From Armatimonadota bacterium (GTDB lineage: Bacteria; Armatimonadota; Hebobacteria; CAIYQO01): a stretch of 64,000 nucleotides of DNA. Every line of letters begins with the position of its first letter. Positions within the stretch are counted from its first letter, which is position 1. Of the stretch, positions 17,896 through 27,864 are shown piece by piece. The stretch is taken from positions 3,520 through 67,519 of the forward strand of contig JAKPKV010000166.1 in NCBI GenBank assembly GCA_029553475.1. The letters run 5' to 3'. Made by a program: the position numbers and the translations under genes. The notes under the pieces were generated by a model. That model had not been told where the DNA came from, ran no database searches, and saw nothing but the letters and a program-made list of their open reading frames with translations.

Positions 17896-18432
17896 CTACT
17901 CATCCGCCCGGACGACCTCGCACTGCCCGGTGAGGCCGTCCACCACGATGACGCGGGCGCGGCCGCGCGCGTCGCGAAGGGTGATGCGCACGTCCTCGCC
18001 GCGGCCCAGCGCGGTGAAGGTGACGCCGGGGTCGTGCTCGGCGTCCTCCGCCGTCGCTGGATCCGTCACCTCCGCCACCTCGACCCCCGCCGGCAGCGGC
18101 CGCGAACGGCCCGCGGGGGTGGTGAGGGGGCGCCAGCTCTCCGCGCCGTCCTCATCCACCTCGCGGATGTACACCCCCACGCCGCCCGCTGCATCGCCCA
18201 GGTGCACGGCGGCATCGGTGCGGTGCGCCACCGCGTAATCGCGCGCGCAGCGCAGCGCCGCCAGCACCATGCGCGCGCCGCCGCCCAGCCGCGCGTCTTC
18301 CAACGCCGGCCCCAGCGACACCGCCACCACGCCGGTGAAGAGCACCATGATGACCAGCGTCACCATCAGCTCAAAGAGCGTGAAGCCGCGCGGCGCGCGT
18401 CCATCACTCCCAGTTGAGGATATCCGCGTCAT
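17896..18432 (-). CDS. gspH: type II secretion system minor pseudopilin GspH-like
   Basis: RGFTLFELMVTLVIMVLFTGVVAV prepilin N-terminus; the alternative upstream start at 18486 would overlap gspG by ~80 nt. Confidence 0.65.
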   Translation of the reverse strand: MTRISSTGSDGRAPRGFTLFELMVTLVIMVLFTGVVAVSLGPALEDARLGGGARMVLAALRCARDYAVAHRTDAAVHLGDAAGGVGVYIREVDEDGAESWRPLTTPAGRSRPLPAGVEVAEVTDPATAEDAEHDPGVTFTALGRGEDVRITLRDARGRARVIVVDGLTGQCEVVRADE

Positions 18433-18835
18433 TCCCGTCGCCGCCCTCCTGCCCGTCTTTGCCCAGGCTGAACAGGTCATAGGCATCCGGATTATGCTCG
18501 CCCGGCGTCTGGTAGAGATAGGCGCGGCCCCACGGGTCGGCGGGGATCGCCTTCTTCACATACGGGCCGTTCCAGTTCGGGGTCTCCTCGCCGGAGGGCT
18601 TCACCCGCAGCGCGTCCAGCGAGGGCGGGTAGGTCTGGTTGTCGAGCTTATACAGATCAATCGCCGTCTCGAAGCTGGCGATGTCCGCCTTCGCCCGCGC
18701 GTGCTTGGCGTCTTCGGTGCGCTTCATCACCAGCGCCGTCACCGTGCCGGCCAGCAGCACGAGAATGAACATCACCACCAGCAGCTCGAGCAGCGTGAAG
18801 CCGCGCCGCGCGCGACGCATCCTGTTCACTGTCAT
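18404..18835 (-). CDS. gspG: type II secretion system major pseudopilin GspG
   Basis: MRRARRGFTLLELLVVMFILVLLAGTV plus conserved GspG core ...KADIASFETAIDLYKLDNQTYP...WGRAYLYQTPGEHNPDAYDLFSLGKDG. Confidence 0.9.
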   Translation of the reverse strand: MTVNRMRRARRGFTLLELLVVMFILVLLAGTVTALVMKRTEDAKHARAKADIASFETAIDLYKLDNQTYPPSLDALRVKPSGEETPNWNGPYVKKAIPADPWGRAYLYQTPGEHNPDAYDLFSLGKDGQEGGDGNDADILNWE

Positions 18836-18885
18836 ATTCCCCTTCTTTCGCGTATCCCGCCCCCGGCGTGCGCCGGGGCCCTCAT

Positions 18886-20109
18886 CTACGACCCCAAGAG
18901 ATTGATCGAGTAGATCGGCAGCAGCATGGCGAGGATGATGCCGCCCATGATGGCGCCGACCGTGATGATGATCACCGGCTCCAGCAGGGAGACCAGCCCT
19001 TTCAGCGAGGTTTCCACCTCGATGTCGTAGGTATTGGCGACGGTGTGCAGCATGCTGCGCAGGTCGCCGGTCTCCTCGCCGATGCCGATCATGTGCGTGA
19101 GGAAGCCCGGAAAGACCCCCGTCTGCCGCAAGCGCTCGGCGAAGCGCTCGCCCTCGCGCATCCCCTCGCGGGCGTCGTCGGTGGCGCGGGCGAGGATGTC
19201 GTTGTCCAGCACGTCGCGCACCACGCTCAGCGTCTCCAGGAGCGGCACCCCGCCCTGCATGAGGGTGGCGGTGGTGCGCGCGAAGCGCGACATGGCCGCT
19301 TTGCGCATCAGCGGGCCGAAGAGCGGCGCGCGCAGGCGCAGCCGATCCACGGCCAGCCGCCCGCCGGGGGTGCGCGCGTAGCGCCGGAACCCGACCACAA
19401 GCAGCGCGATGCCCAGCGCGATGGCCCAGCCCCAGCGTCCGAGGAAGCTGGAGGTGTGGAGCAGGATGAGCGTGGGCAGCGGCAGCGCCTGGCCGAATTC
19501 GTCAAACATGGTGGCGAAGCGGGGCACTACCAGCGTCACCAGCAGGATGATGGCCAGCGCGCCGGCGATGACCAGCAGCGTGGGATACATCAGCGCGCCG
19601 CGAATCTGCATCCGGCGCGCCTGCTCCTGCTCCTGGTAGTCGGCCAGCCAGTTGAGCACGGTGGAGAGCTGGCCGCTGGCCTCGCCCGCCTTCACCATGT
19701 TCACGAAGAGCGGGGGGAAGACGTCGCGATGCGCGCCCAGCGCTTCCCACAGCGTGCTGCCGGCGTGCACGTCCTGCTGCATCTCGCCCAGCACGGCGCG
19801 CAGGCGCGGGTGCTCCGTGTGCGCGGTGAGCGCGGCGAACGCCGACATCAGCGGCACGCCCCCGGCTACCAGGTTCGCCAACTGCCGGGTGAGCACCGCC
19901 ACGTCCGCCGCCATGTTGCGCCGGCCGAACAGGCTGCCGCCGGTGCGCGCGGGCGCCGCCGTCTTCGCCTTCGCCGGCTCCACCGCCGTCGGGAAGATGG
20001 CGCGCGCTTTCAGCAGCGCGGCGGCGTTCGCCGCGTCTTCCGCGACGACCTCCCCGCTGATGGTCTTGCCGTCCTGATCTAGTCCTGTATAGACGTAGGT
20101 GGTGGGCAT
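18886..20109 (-). CDS. gspF: type II secretion system inner-membrane platform protein GspF
   Basis: Two GspF/PilC repeats (…LSTVLNWLADYQE…, …GDLRSMLHTVANTYD…) and three TM segments; ATG at 20107-20109. Confidence 0.9.
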   Translation of the reverse strand: MPTTYVYTGLDQDGKTISGEVVAEDAANAAALLKARAIFPTAVEPAKAKTAAPARTGGSLFGRRNMAADVAVLTRQLANLVAGGVPLMSAFAALTAHTEHPRLRAVLGEMQQDVHAGSTLWEALGAHRDVFPPLFVNMVKAGEASGQLSTVLNWLADYQEQEQARRMQIRGALMYPTLLVIAGALAIILLVTLVVPRFATMFDEFGQALPLPTLILLHTSSFLGRWGWAIALGIALLVVGFRRYARTPGGRLAVDRLRLRAPLFGPLMRKAAMSRFARTTATLMQGGVPLLETLSVVRDVLDNDILARATDDAREGMREGERFAERLRQTGVFPGFLTHMIGIGEETGDLRSMLHTVANTYDIEVETSLKGLVSLLEPVIIITVGAIMGGIILAMLLPIYSINLLGS

Positions 20110-20123
20110 ACGATAACTTTCAC

Positions 20124-20251
20124 CCGGACCCCTCCCCCCAACCCCCTCCCCGAACCGGGTGAGGGGGAGTGATCGCATACTATTCCGTATTATTCTTCAT
20201 GATCTTCACCCCTCACCCGGTTCGGGGAGGGGGTTGGGGGGAGGGGTCCGG
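20124..20251. repeat. 128-bp palindromic element: 43-bp perfect inverted repeat arms (GC-rich) around a 42-nt AT-richer spacer, in the gspE-gspF intergenic region
   Basis: Arm 20124-20166 ccggacccctccccccaaccccctccccgaaccgggtgagggg is exactly the reverse complement of 20209-20251. Confidence 0.9.
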
Positions 20252-20267
20252 GTACCGGAAACCCCTC

Positions 20268-21953
20268 TCACTCCACCGGCTCGATATCATCCTGCCGGGT
20301 GACGCGCACCACCTCTTCCAGCGTGGTGACGCCGAGCAGCACTTTCCGCCAGCCGTCTTCGCGCAGGGTGCGCATGCCGTGCTGGCAGGCGACGGCGCGG
20401 ATGACGGCGGCGGGGGCGCGGTCCATGATGAGCGGGCGGATGGCATTGTCCATCACCAGCAGCTCGTAGATGCCGGTGCGCCCGCGATAGCCGCTGTGTT
20501 TGCACTGCTCGCAGCCGCGGCCCATATAGAGCAGGTCGCTGTCGCCCAGCGGGAACTCGCTGTCCGCCAGCTCGATGCGCTGCGTCTCCATATCCGCGCG
20601 CGGCGCCCGACAATTCGGACAGATGGTGCGCACCAGCCGCTGGGCGACCACCGCCTCCACCGACGACGCGACGAGATACGGCTCGATGCCCATCTCCAGC
20701 AGGCGGGTGACGGCGCTGGCCGCGTCATTGGTGTGCAGCGTGCTGAAGACCAGGTGGCCGGTGAGCGCCGAGTGCACGGCGATCTCCGCCGTCTCGCCGT
20801 CGCGAATTTCCCCCACCATGATCACGTCCGGGTCCTGGCGCAGGATGGAGCGCAGCCCGGCGGAGAAGGTGAGGCCGATCTGCGGATGCACCTGGATCTG
20901 GTTCACGCCGTGCAGTTGATATTCGATGGGGTCCTCGATGGTGAGGATCTTCTTCTCCGTCGAGTAGGCGGCGGTGAGGGACGCGTACAGCGTGGTGGTC
21001 TTCCCGGAGCCCGTCGGCCCGGTGGCGAGCACCATGCCGTGCGGCAGCGTGATGAGCTGCTCGATCTTCCGATAGGTGTCCGGCAGCATGCCGATATCGG
21101 CGAGGCTGTAATTCATCGCGCTGCGGTCGAGCAGGCGCAGCACCACGCTCTCGCCGTAGAGGGTGGGCACGGTGGAGACGCGGATGTCAATCTCGCGGCC
21201 GGCGATGCGCGTCTTGATGCGCCCGTCCTGCGGCTTGCGCCGTTCGGCGATGTCGAGACTCGCCATGATCTTCAGCCGGGAGATGATGGCGGCCTGCAGG
21301 CGCTTCGGCGGCGCGGGCACCTCGTGCAGGATGCCGTCAATGCGATAGCGCACCTGCATCCCCTTCTCAAAGGGTTCCACGTGCACGTCGCTGGCGCGCT
21401 CCTGCACCGCCTGGCGCAGGATGAGGTTCACCAGCTTGACGACGGTCGCCTCGCGCGCCATCGTCTCCAGGTCGCCGATCTCATCGCTGCTCTCGTCGAG
21501 CACCTGCACGTCGTCATCGGCGGTATCGGCGATCATGCGACGGGTGTAGTGCTCCTCCACCAGCCGGCGCACGTCCAGCGGGTTGGCGTAGACCAGCTCC
21601 ACGTCGCGGCCCGTCACCAGGCGGATATCATCGGCGGCGGCGGTGTTGAAGGGGTCGGCGATGGCCACGCGCAGGGTCACCGGCGTCGCCGACAGCGGCA
21701 GCGCCTGGTGGCGGAACGCCAGCTCGGTGGGGATGAGGGCGATGACGCGCGGGTCCAGCTCGCGCTCGACGAGCGGCACGAGCGGCAGCCCGGCGCGCTC
21801 GGCGACCGCGGCCAGCGCCGTCTCCTGCGTGCAGAAGCCCAGCTCGATGAGAATTTCGTCCAGCGACTGTCCGGTCGCGGTCTGCATCGCCTGCGCGGTG
21901 CGCCACTGGTCGTGACTCAGCAGATGCCTGGTTGTGGCGTGCTCAACGGGCAC
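20268..21953 (-). CDS. gspE: type II secretion system ATPase GspE
   Basis: Walker A GPTGSGKTT, Asp box, Walker B DPDVIMVGEIRD, His box, tetracysteine CPNC...CEQC motif; N1E/N2E domains. Confidence 0.95.
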   Translation of the reverse strand: MPVEHATTRHLLSHDQWRTAQAMQTATGQSLDEILIELGFCTQETALAAVAERAGLPLVPLVERELDPRVIALIPTELAFRHQALPLSATPVTLRVAIADPFNTAAADDIRLVTGRDVELVYANPLDVRRLVEEHYTRRMIADTADDDVQVLDESSDEIGDLETMAREATVVKLVNLILRQAVQERASDVHVEPFEKGMQVRYRIDGILHEVPAPPKRLQAAIISRLKIMASLDIAERRKPQDGRIKTRIAGREIDIRVSTVPTLYGESVVLRLLDRSAMNYSLADIGMLPDTYRKIEQLITLPHGMVLATGPTGSGKTTTLYASLTAAYSTEKKILTIEDPIEYQLHGVNQIQVHPQIGLTFSAGLRSILRQDPDVIMVGEIRDGETAEIAVHSALTGHLVFSTLHTNDAASAVTRLLEMGIEPYLVASSVEAVVAQRLVRTICPNCRAPRADMETQRIELADSEFPLGDSDLLYMGRGCEQCKHSGYRGRTGIYELLVMDNAIRPLIMDRAPAAVIRAVACQHGMRTLREDGWRKVLLGVTTLEEVVRVTRQDDIEPVE

Positions 21954-22014
21954 TCTCGTTCTCCTGTCGTTCGATCTCGATGCGCCGGTCCGGGGGGAGG
22001 GATCGCCGCGTCGG

Positions 22015-22506
22015 TCATCCGTGTCCGCGTGGCGCGGGATCGGGGGCTCCCGCGGTCTCGACCGCCAGCGCGGTCTGCAGCGCGCGCATCGCCTGGATCA
22101 CCAGGGCGCGGTCGCCGTCACTTAACTGGCCCAGCGCATCCGTGAGCCGGGTGTGCGCCGCCTGCCACATGCTTGCCAGCATCGCCTGGCCCTGCGCGGA
22201 GAGGCGCAGCTCCACCCGGCGACGGTCGCTGAGCGAATAGACGCGCGCGACGAGATCGTGCTTCACCAGCACATCAATCAGCTTCGACGCCGACGCCAGC
22301 GTCAGGTCCAGCTTCTCCGCCAGCGCCGACAGTGACAGCCCGGGATGGCGATGCAGGATGCGCAGGGTACGGAACTGCGGCATGGACAAGCCCGCCACGC
22401 GTCCGTTCGCCCGGCGCATGATGCGCATGAGCAGCGGCATCGTCTCCATCACCAGGCCCGCGCACTCGTCCATGCGCGGCACAGTTAACTCGTCGAATGA
22501 TTTCAT
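22015..22506 (-). CDS. MarR-family transcriptional regulator
   Basis: Winged helix ...LSMPQFRTLRILHRHPGLSLSALAEKLDLTLASASKLIDVLVKHDLVARVYSLSDRRRVELRLSAQG. Confidence 0.85.
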   Translation of the reverse strand: MKSFDELTVPRMDECAGLVMETMPLLMRIMRRANGRVAGLSMPQFRTLRILHRHPGLSLSALAEKLDLTLASASKLIDVLVKHDLVARVYSLSDRRRVELRLSAQGQAMLASMWQAAHTRLTDALGQLSDGDRALVIQAMRALQTALAVETAGAPDPAPRGHG

Positions 22507-22936
22507 TGGTTAAGTATAATACTCTCCCCCGCACGCCCGGTCAAGAGGCGACAATCCGGGACAAGCGGGGAGCAGGGCATCCGTACAGTGATACAGACAC
22601 CATGAGCCGGAGAAGGTTGCGGGGGGCCCCGTCCCGGACGCGAAAATCATCAGGATATGCCGCCGGCATCGCGCGGGCCGTGTGTGCGGTCGGCGGGGCA
22701 GGCGGTGATCCCGATCGCGGCGGGACGCGCCCGCGTTGGCGAGGTGCGCGGGCGCGGGCGCGTCGAGCACGCGGACAGGCGCGGTCGCCCACCGCGTAAC
22801 TGGTCAGTCACTTTTCTCGGCGATCATGCAAGAAAGGCCTTGACGGTGGGAACAATGGGGCATATATTAAAGTCATAATTTTTATCTTTTATAAACTGCA
22901 CCGGTGACGCCGCCGTCACGGAGAGCGGAGGACGCG

Positions 22937-25900
22937 ATGCACAATCGTCGGCGAGAGAGGGATACGATTTCCACAGGCTACGGCATGGCCATGCGGGCGG
23001 GACGGGTGGGGTGGCTGCTCCTCCTCCTCTGCGCGCCCCCGCTCTGTGCCGCCGACACGACGCGGGAAGAGATTCACGGCCTGCTCACCGTGCTGCATCC
23101 CGGCGCGGGCGCCGTCCGCGAGGCGGAGATTGACCGCGGCGGCGACGACGGCCTGGTGGTCGGCTGGCGCGGCACGCTCTGGTCGCGCTGGGACAAGGGG
23201 GAGGCCCATGAGCGCCACGTGGCGCCCATCGGTGCCGGCGAGGTCATCAGCCTTACCCCGCGCACCGCGCGTCTCCGCCTGACCCTCACGCAGCCGGAAG
23301 GCGATGGGCTGGCGCGCGTCGGCGACCTGTTTTCCCTCAACGCGCGGGTGCCCGCGCTGCCGAATCGGTCGCTCCTCTGGCGGCTGGCCCGCCTGCACAT
23401 CACGCTGCTGGACGCCGAGAACGCGACGCCGTTCAACGACTACCGCGCGCTCTTTCATGACGAGACGCCGGACGCGACGGCCGCCATCTACGCGGCCATG
23501 CGCGAGGATATCGCCTGGACCGGGAGGGAATTCGCCGACGACGTGATGCCCGACCCCATCACAGGGGGACGGTATGACGGCCAGACGCTGCGCCAGGTGA
23601 TGGAAGGCGCCATGCGCGCCGATCTCGATCACTTCTTCCTCTTCGTCGCCGGGTACCCCGGAAAATACCTGGGCAAATCCTGGAAGCTGAACGAAACCTT
23701 CGCCACCTGGGTCATCAACGGCGCGCCCATCGGGCAGGAGGAGCTGCGGGGTCTGTTGCTGGCGGCGCAGACGCCGGCGGAGCGGACGGCGCTCGTCACC
23801 ACCTACCGCCAGGATATTCAGAATGGGAAGATGATCGCCGACTGGTACAGCGCCGCGCAGACGTTGGCGGCGGCAGGGCAGGCCGACGCCGCGCTCGCGC
23901 TGGCGGACGCGGCGCTGGACGCCGCCCGGCAACTGCGGCGCGCGGACGACGAAAGCTGGTGCCTGTTTGCCCGGGGCTACGTGCTGAGAGAAGCGAAGCG
24001 CTACCCGGATGCGCTGGCGGCGTTTGACACGGCGCTGGCCGCCTTCCGCGCGCGGGAGCAGGACGACGACGCGGCGAAAGGCGTCGCCTTCAGTCTGGCG
24101 CATCGCGGAGATCTCCTCGCCGCCCTCACCCGCTACCAGGAGGCGCTGCCCGTGTACGAGGAGGCGCTGAGAATCCGCCGGCAGACGCCGGCGCTGGCCG
24201 CCACGCAGGGGCACACCTGGTGGGCCATCGGGCACGCGCATTACAACCTGGGCGACTACCGGCAGGCGCTGGCGGCCTACGAGCAGGCGCTGCCGTTCAT
24301 CCGCGCCGGGCAGGATACCGTGAACCTGACGGCGCTGCTGGGCTGGATGGCGAAGGTGTATGCCCGCGTGGGCGACAACGCCGACGCCGAGCGCATGTAT
24401 ATCGAGGCGCTGGCGATCAGTCGCCGCGAGCAGGCGCGCGGCGCGGAGGCGGAGACGCTGGGCACGCTGGCCAGCCACTACTGGGGTATCGGCCGCTATG
24501 CCGATGCGCTGACCCATTACCGGCACGCCCTGGCGCTGCAGCGCGCCCTGGACGCGCCGGCCGAGATCGCCGCCACCCTCACCGGCATCGGCAAGCTGTC
24601 GTGGAACCTGGGGAATTTTCCAGAGGCGCTGGCCGCGCACACGGAGGCGCTGGCCCTGCGCCGGGCGTTGCGTGACCGCGCCGGCGAAGCGGAATCGCTG
24701 CGGGAGATCGGCGACCTGCGCCAGCACAGCGGCGAGTACCCCGCGGCGCTGGAGGCGTATGGCCGCGCGCGGGACATCGCCGTCGCGCTGGGCGACCAGC
24801 GGCTGGACGCGCACATCGCCGTGGCGATTGCCGGCATCCACCAGTATCAGAAGAAATACGCGGACGCGCTGGACGCGTACGACCGCGTGGTGACGGTCTA
24901 CCGCGGGCTGGCGATGAAAGCGGACCTGGCCGCGGCGCTCTCCACCCGGGGAGGGCTGCTGGAGCGCCGGCAACGCCCGGCGGACGCGGAACGCGATTAT
25001 CGGGAAGCGCTGGCCCTGCGCACGGCGATCGGCGCGCGGGCGGATGAAGCGGAGAGCCTGCTGGCGCTCTCCGGCCTGGCCTGGCGCCGGCAGGATTTCC
25101 CCGCGTCGCTGGCGCACCTGCGCGCGGCGCTGGAGATCGCCCGCGCCATCACGGATCGCCTGCTGGAAGCGCGCTGCACCCGGTACCTGGGATTCTATCA
25201 CGAGCAGGCGCTGGAATTTCCGCGGGCGCTGGACGCCTACACGCGCGCGCTGGCGATCTATCGCGATCCGGCGGTGGGCGACGCCACCGGCGAAATCGAG
25301 ACGCTGCTGAACTTGGGCAGCTACGCGCAGACCCTGGGCGATTTCCCGCTGGCCCAGCAGCAGTATCAGGCGGCGCTGGCGCGCGCGGAGCAGGCCACCG
25401 CGCGCCCGCAGCAATCGGGCGCGTTGAGCAGCCTCGGCTGGCTGTACCGAAGCTGGGGGCGGCTGGATGACGCGCTGGCCGCGCAGCAGGACGCGCTGGC
25501 CATCGCGGAAGCGGTGCAGGACGCTTACGCCCGCGCCGCCACCTATCACGCCATCGCCGCCCTCTATTCGGATTTCGGGCAGAATGCCCGCGCGGTGGAA
25601 TACGCCGGCAAAGCGCTGGCGCTGTACCAGGAGGAGCAGCACCGCTACGGCGAAGCGCTCATTGCGAACGCGATGGGCGTGTATTATTATCGCCAGGGCG
25701 ACTACGCCGCGTCCGCCCGCCACCTGCGCGCCGCGCTGGCGCTGGCGGAGCAACTGCAGAGCCACGCGGATATCCTCACCGCGCTCATCAACCTCGGCGA
25801 GCTGGCCATGCGCCAGGATGATTACGCCGGCGCCGCCGAATATCTGCGCCGCGCGCTGCCGCTCAGCGCAGCCTACGGCGGCGGCACCGGCGGCATTGAC

Positions 25901-27859
25901 CTCGGCATCCTGCTGGCGCGCATGCATCGTCTGCAGGCGGAGGCGGCGCCGGCGCAGGCCGCCACGCGTTATCGCGAAGCGGCAACGCACCTGCGAGACG
26001 CGTTAGCGCGCGCGCGGGAACAACAGCTGCCCGCCGCCATCATCGAGGCGCTGCTGGAAGAGGCGCGGCTGGCGGCGGCCCAGGGGCGCCGGACCGAGGC
26101 GCTGCCGCCGCTGGCCGACGCCATCCGCCTCGCCGAGGCACGGAAATTCCGGCATCAGCTCTGGGAGCTGTATTTCGAGCAGGGGCGGCGGCTGCTGGCG
26201 CTGGACCGCCTGCCGGCGGCAGAGGCGGCGCTGCGCAAGGCCATCGCCGTGCTGGATGAGCTGCAGGGCGGGGTGGCCGGCGGGGAGCAAGGCAAGGAAA
26301 CGTTCCTGCGCAGCCGCATCGCCGTGTACGAGACGATGGCGGAGATCCTCGGCGCGCGCAACGCCCAGGAGCAGGATCCCGCCGCCCGCCGCCAGCGGGC
26401 GGAAGAGGCGCTGAGCTACGTCGCGCTGGCGCGCTTCCAGGTGGTCGCCGGCACCGCCGGCGCCGTGGCGGAGACCGGCAACGCCGCGCTCGACGCCGCC
26501 CTGCGCCGCCGCGACGAGGTGGTGCTGCGCCAGGGGCAGCTCGCGAAGGAAGCGCTGGCGGCGCTGGAAGCCGGCAACACCGAGAAAGTGGAACGCCTCG
26601 ACCGCGTGCTCGCGCGCACCGAGGAAGAGCTCGCCGGCGCCTACGCCGACATCAAGGCGCAGGACGCCGACCTGGACGCCCGGCTGAAATTCGACCCCCG
26701 GCGATTGTCCGACGCGGCGCTGGACCTGCCCGCCGGCGCGGTGCTGCTGGTGCTCTTCCCCGGCCGTGACGACCTGCACCTGTGGGTCTACACGCGCGAG
26801 GGATTCACCGCGTGGCGGCAGCGCCCGGTCAGCCGCGCGGACCTGTATGGGCTGGTGAAGGCCTTTCGCGGGGGGATTGACGAGGTGATCAGCCGCGTGG
26901 AGCGCCGCGAGCGGATTGGGCGCGGCTTCGGCCCCGCCGCTGAGGCGAACGACGCCAACCCGTCCTGGTATCGCGAGAATATTGCCGCGATGCGCCGGGC
27001 GCTCGCCGCGCTGTATACCCACCTCATCGGTCCGGTGGACGCGGATCTCGCGCACGCCGGCCCGCTGATCATCCTGCCCTATGGCCAGCTCTGCTACCTG
27101 CCGTTTGAAGCGCTCATCCGCGAGCAAGACGGCGCGATGACCTTCCTCGGCCAGGAGCGCCGGGTCGTCTACCTCACCAGCGAGGACCACCTGCGGGAGA
27201 CGCTGCGCGCGCTGGCGCGGCCGCTGCCGGCGACAGAGGACGCCTGGGTGGCCTTCGCCGACCCGCGCGGACGGCTCGGCTCCTCGCTGGCGGAAGCGAC
27301 GGAGATCGCCGCCTTCTTCCCGACGCATGAGATTCACAGCAACGCCACCGGCACCGCCGGCAAGGACCAGGTGGAGGTATTGCGGGAGGATTGCACTATC
27401 CTGCATTTTGCCACCCACGGCTTCCTCAACGGCGCGCGGCCCAGTCAAACCTACCTGGAGCTGGCGGCGCCGCCGGGCGACGGCATGCTCTCCCAGGCGG
27501 AGATCTGGCCGAAGCTGAAGAACCTGTCGAAGCCGTTCAAGCAGCGGCGCCTGCGGCTGGTGGTGCTCTCCGCCTGCGAGACGGCGCGCGGGCAGGAGGC
27601 GCCGGAGGCGGAAGTGCTGGGCCTGCCCGACGCCTTCACCATGGCCGGGGTGCCGGCGGTGGTCGGCAGCCTCTGGTCCGTGTACACCTATACCACCACC
27701 GATTTCATGGTGGATTTCTATCGCCAGCTCGCGCGCGAGCAACGCGGGAAAGCCGACGCCATGCTCGAGGCGCGGCGGGCGATGATTACGCAGCATGACG
27801 GACGGTATGCCCATCCCTTCTACTGGGCGCCGTTCCTGCTCTTCGGCGATTGGAGGTAA
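22937..27859 (+). CDS. exported TPR-repeat protein with a C-terminal CHAT (caspase-fold) protease domain, ~1640 aa
   Basis: GGAGG RBS 6 nt before the ATG at 22937; N-terminal hydrophobic segment GWLLLLLCAPPLCAAD; ~20 TPR-like units (…YNLGDYRQALAAYEQAL…); CHAT catalytic dyad LHFATHGF (His) and VVLSACETARG (Cys). Confidence 0.85.
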   Translation: MHNRRRERDTISTGYGMAMRAGRVGWLLLLLCAPPLCAADTTREEIHGLLTVLHPGAGAVREAEIDRGGDDGLVVGWRGTLWSRWDKGEAHERHVAPIGAGEVISLTPRTARLRLTLTQPEGDGLARVGDLFSLNARVPALPNRSLLWRLARLHITLLDAENATPFNDYRALFHDETPDATAAIYAAMREDIAWTGREFADDVMPDPITGGRYDGQTLRQVMEGAMRADLDHFFLFVAGYPGKYLGKSWKLNETFATWVINGAPIGQEELRGLLLAAQTPAERTALVTTYRQDIQNGKMIADWYSAAQTLAAAGQADAALALADAALDAARQLRRADDESWCLFARGYVLREAKRYPDALAAFDTALAAFRAREQDDDAAKGVAFSLAHRGDLLAALTRYQEALPVYEEALRIRRQTPALAATQGHTWWAIGHAHYNLGDYRQALAAYEQALPFIRAGQDTVNLTALLGWMAKVYARVGDNADAERMYIEALAISRREQARGAEAETLGTLASHYWGIGRYADALTHYRHALALQRALDAPAEIAATLTGIGKLSWNLGNFPEALAAHTEALALRRALRDRAGEAESLREIGDLRQHSGEYPAALEAYGRARDIAVALGDQRLDAHIAVAIAGIHQYQKKYADALDAYDRVVTVYRGLAMKADLAAALSTRGGLLERRQRPADAERDYREALALRTAIGARADEAESLLALSGLAWRRQDFPASLAHLRAALEIARAITDRLLEARCTRYLGFYHEQALEFPRALDAYTRALAIYRDPAVGDATGEIETLLNLGSYAQTLGDFPLAQQQYQAALARAEQATARPQQSGALSSLGWLYRSWGRLDDALAAQQDALAIAEAVQDAYARAATYHAIAALYSDFGQNARAVEYAGKALALYQEEQHRYGEALIANAMGVYYYRQGDYAASARHLRAALALAEQLQSHADILTALINLGELAMRQDDYAGAAEYLRRALPLSAAYGGGTGGIDLGILLARMHRLQAEAAPAQAATRYREAATHLRDALARAREQQLPAAIIEALLEEARLAAAQGRRTEALPPLADAIRLAEARKFRHQLWELYFEQGRRLLALDRLPAAEAALRKAIAVLDELQGGVAGGEQGKETFLRSRIAVYETMAEILGARNAQEQDPAARRQRAEEALSYVALARFQVVAGTAGAVAETGNAALDAALRRRDEVVLRQGQLAKEALAALEAGNTEKVERLDRVLARTEEELAGAYADIKAQDADLDARLKFDPRRLSDAALDLPAGAVLLVLFPGRDDLHLWVYTREGFTAWRQRPVSRADLYGLVKAFRGGIDEVISRVERRERIGRGFGPAAEANDANPSWYRENIAAMRRALAALYTHLIGPVDADLAHAGPLIILPYGQLCYLPFEALIREQDGAMTFLGQERRVVYLTSEDHLRETLRALARPLPATEDAWVAFADPRGRLGSSLAEATEIAAFFPTHEIHSNATGTAGKDQVEVLREDCTILHFATHGFLNGARPSQTYLELAAPPGDGMLSQAEIWPKLKNLSKPFKQRRLRLVVLSACETARGQEAPEAEVLGLPDAFTMAGVPAVVGSLWSVYTYTTTDFMVDFYRQLAREQRGKADAMLEARRAMITQHDGRYAHPFYWAPFLLFGDWR

Positions 27860-27864
27860 TGGAA

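Noticed and set aside
22507-22936. TATAAT box at ~22514 and an AT-rich stretch at 22860-22900 as promoters for the CHAT operon
   Set aside because: Plausible, but the -35 elements are ambiguous and the region is also the divergent marR promoter; not confidently assignable from sequence alone
22916-25990. 1024-aa minus-strand ORF overlapping the TPR-CHAT gene. The same applies to 26003-27874, 27820-30684, 10752-12464, 3062-4825, 18868-20082, 20169-22145 and 43025-44323
   Set aside because: All are antisense or shifted-frame shadows of well-supported genes; the translations are low-complexity R/A/G/P-rich with no motifs and no start context
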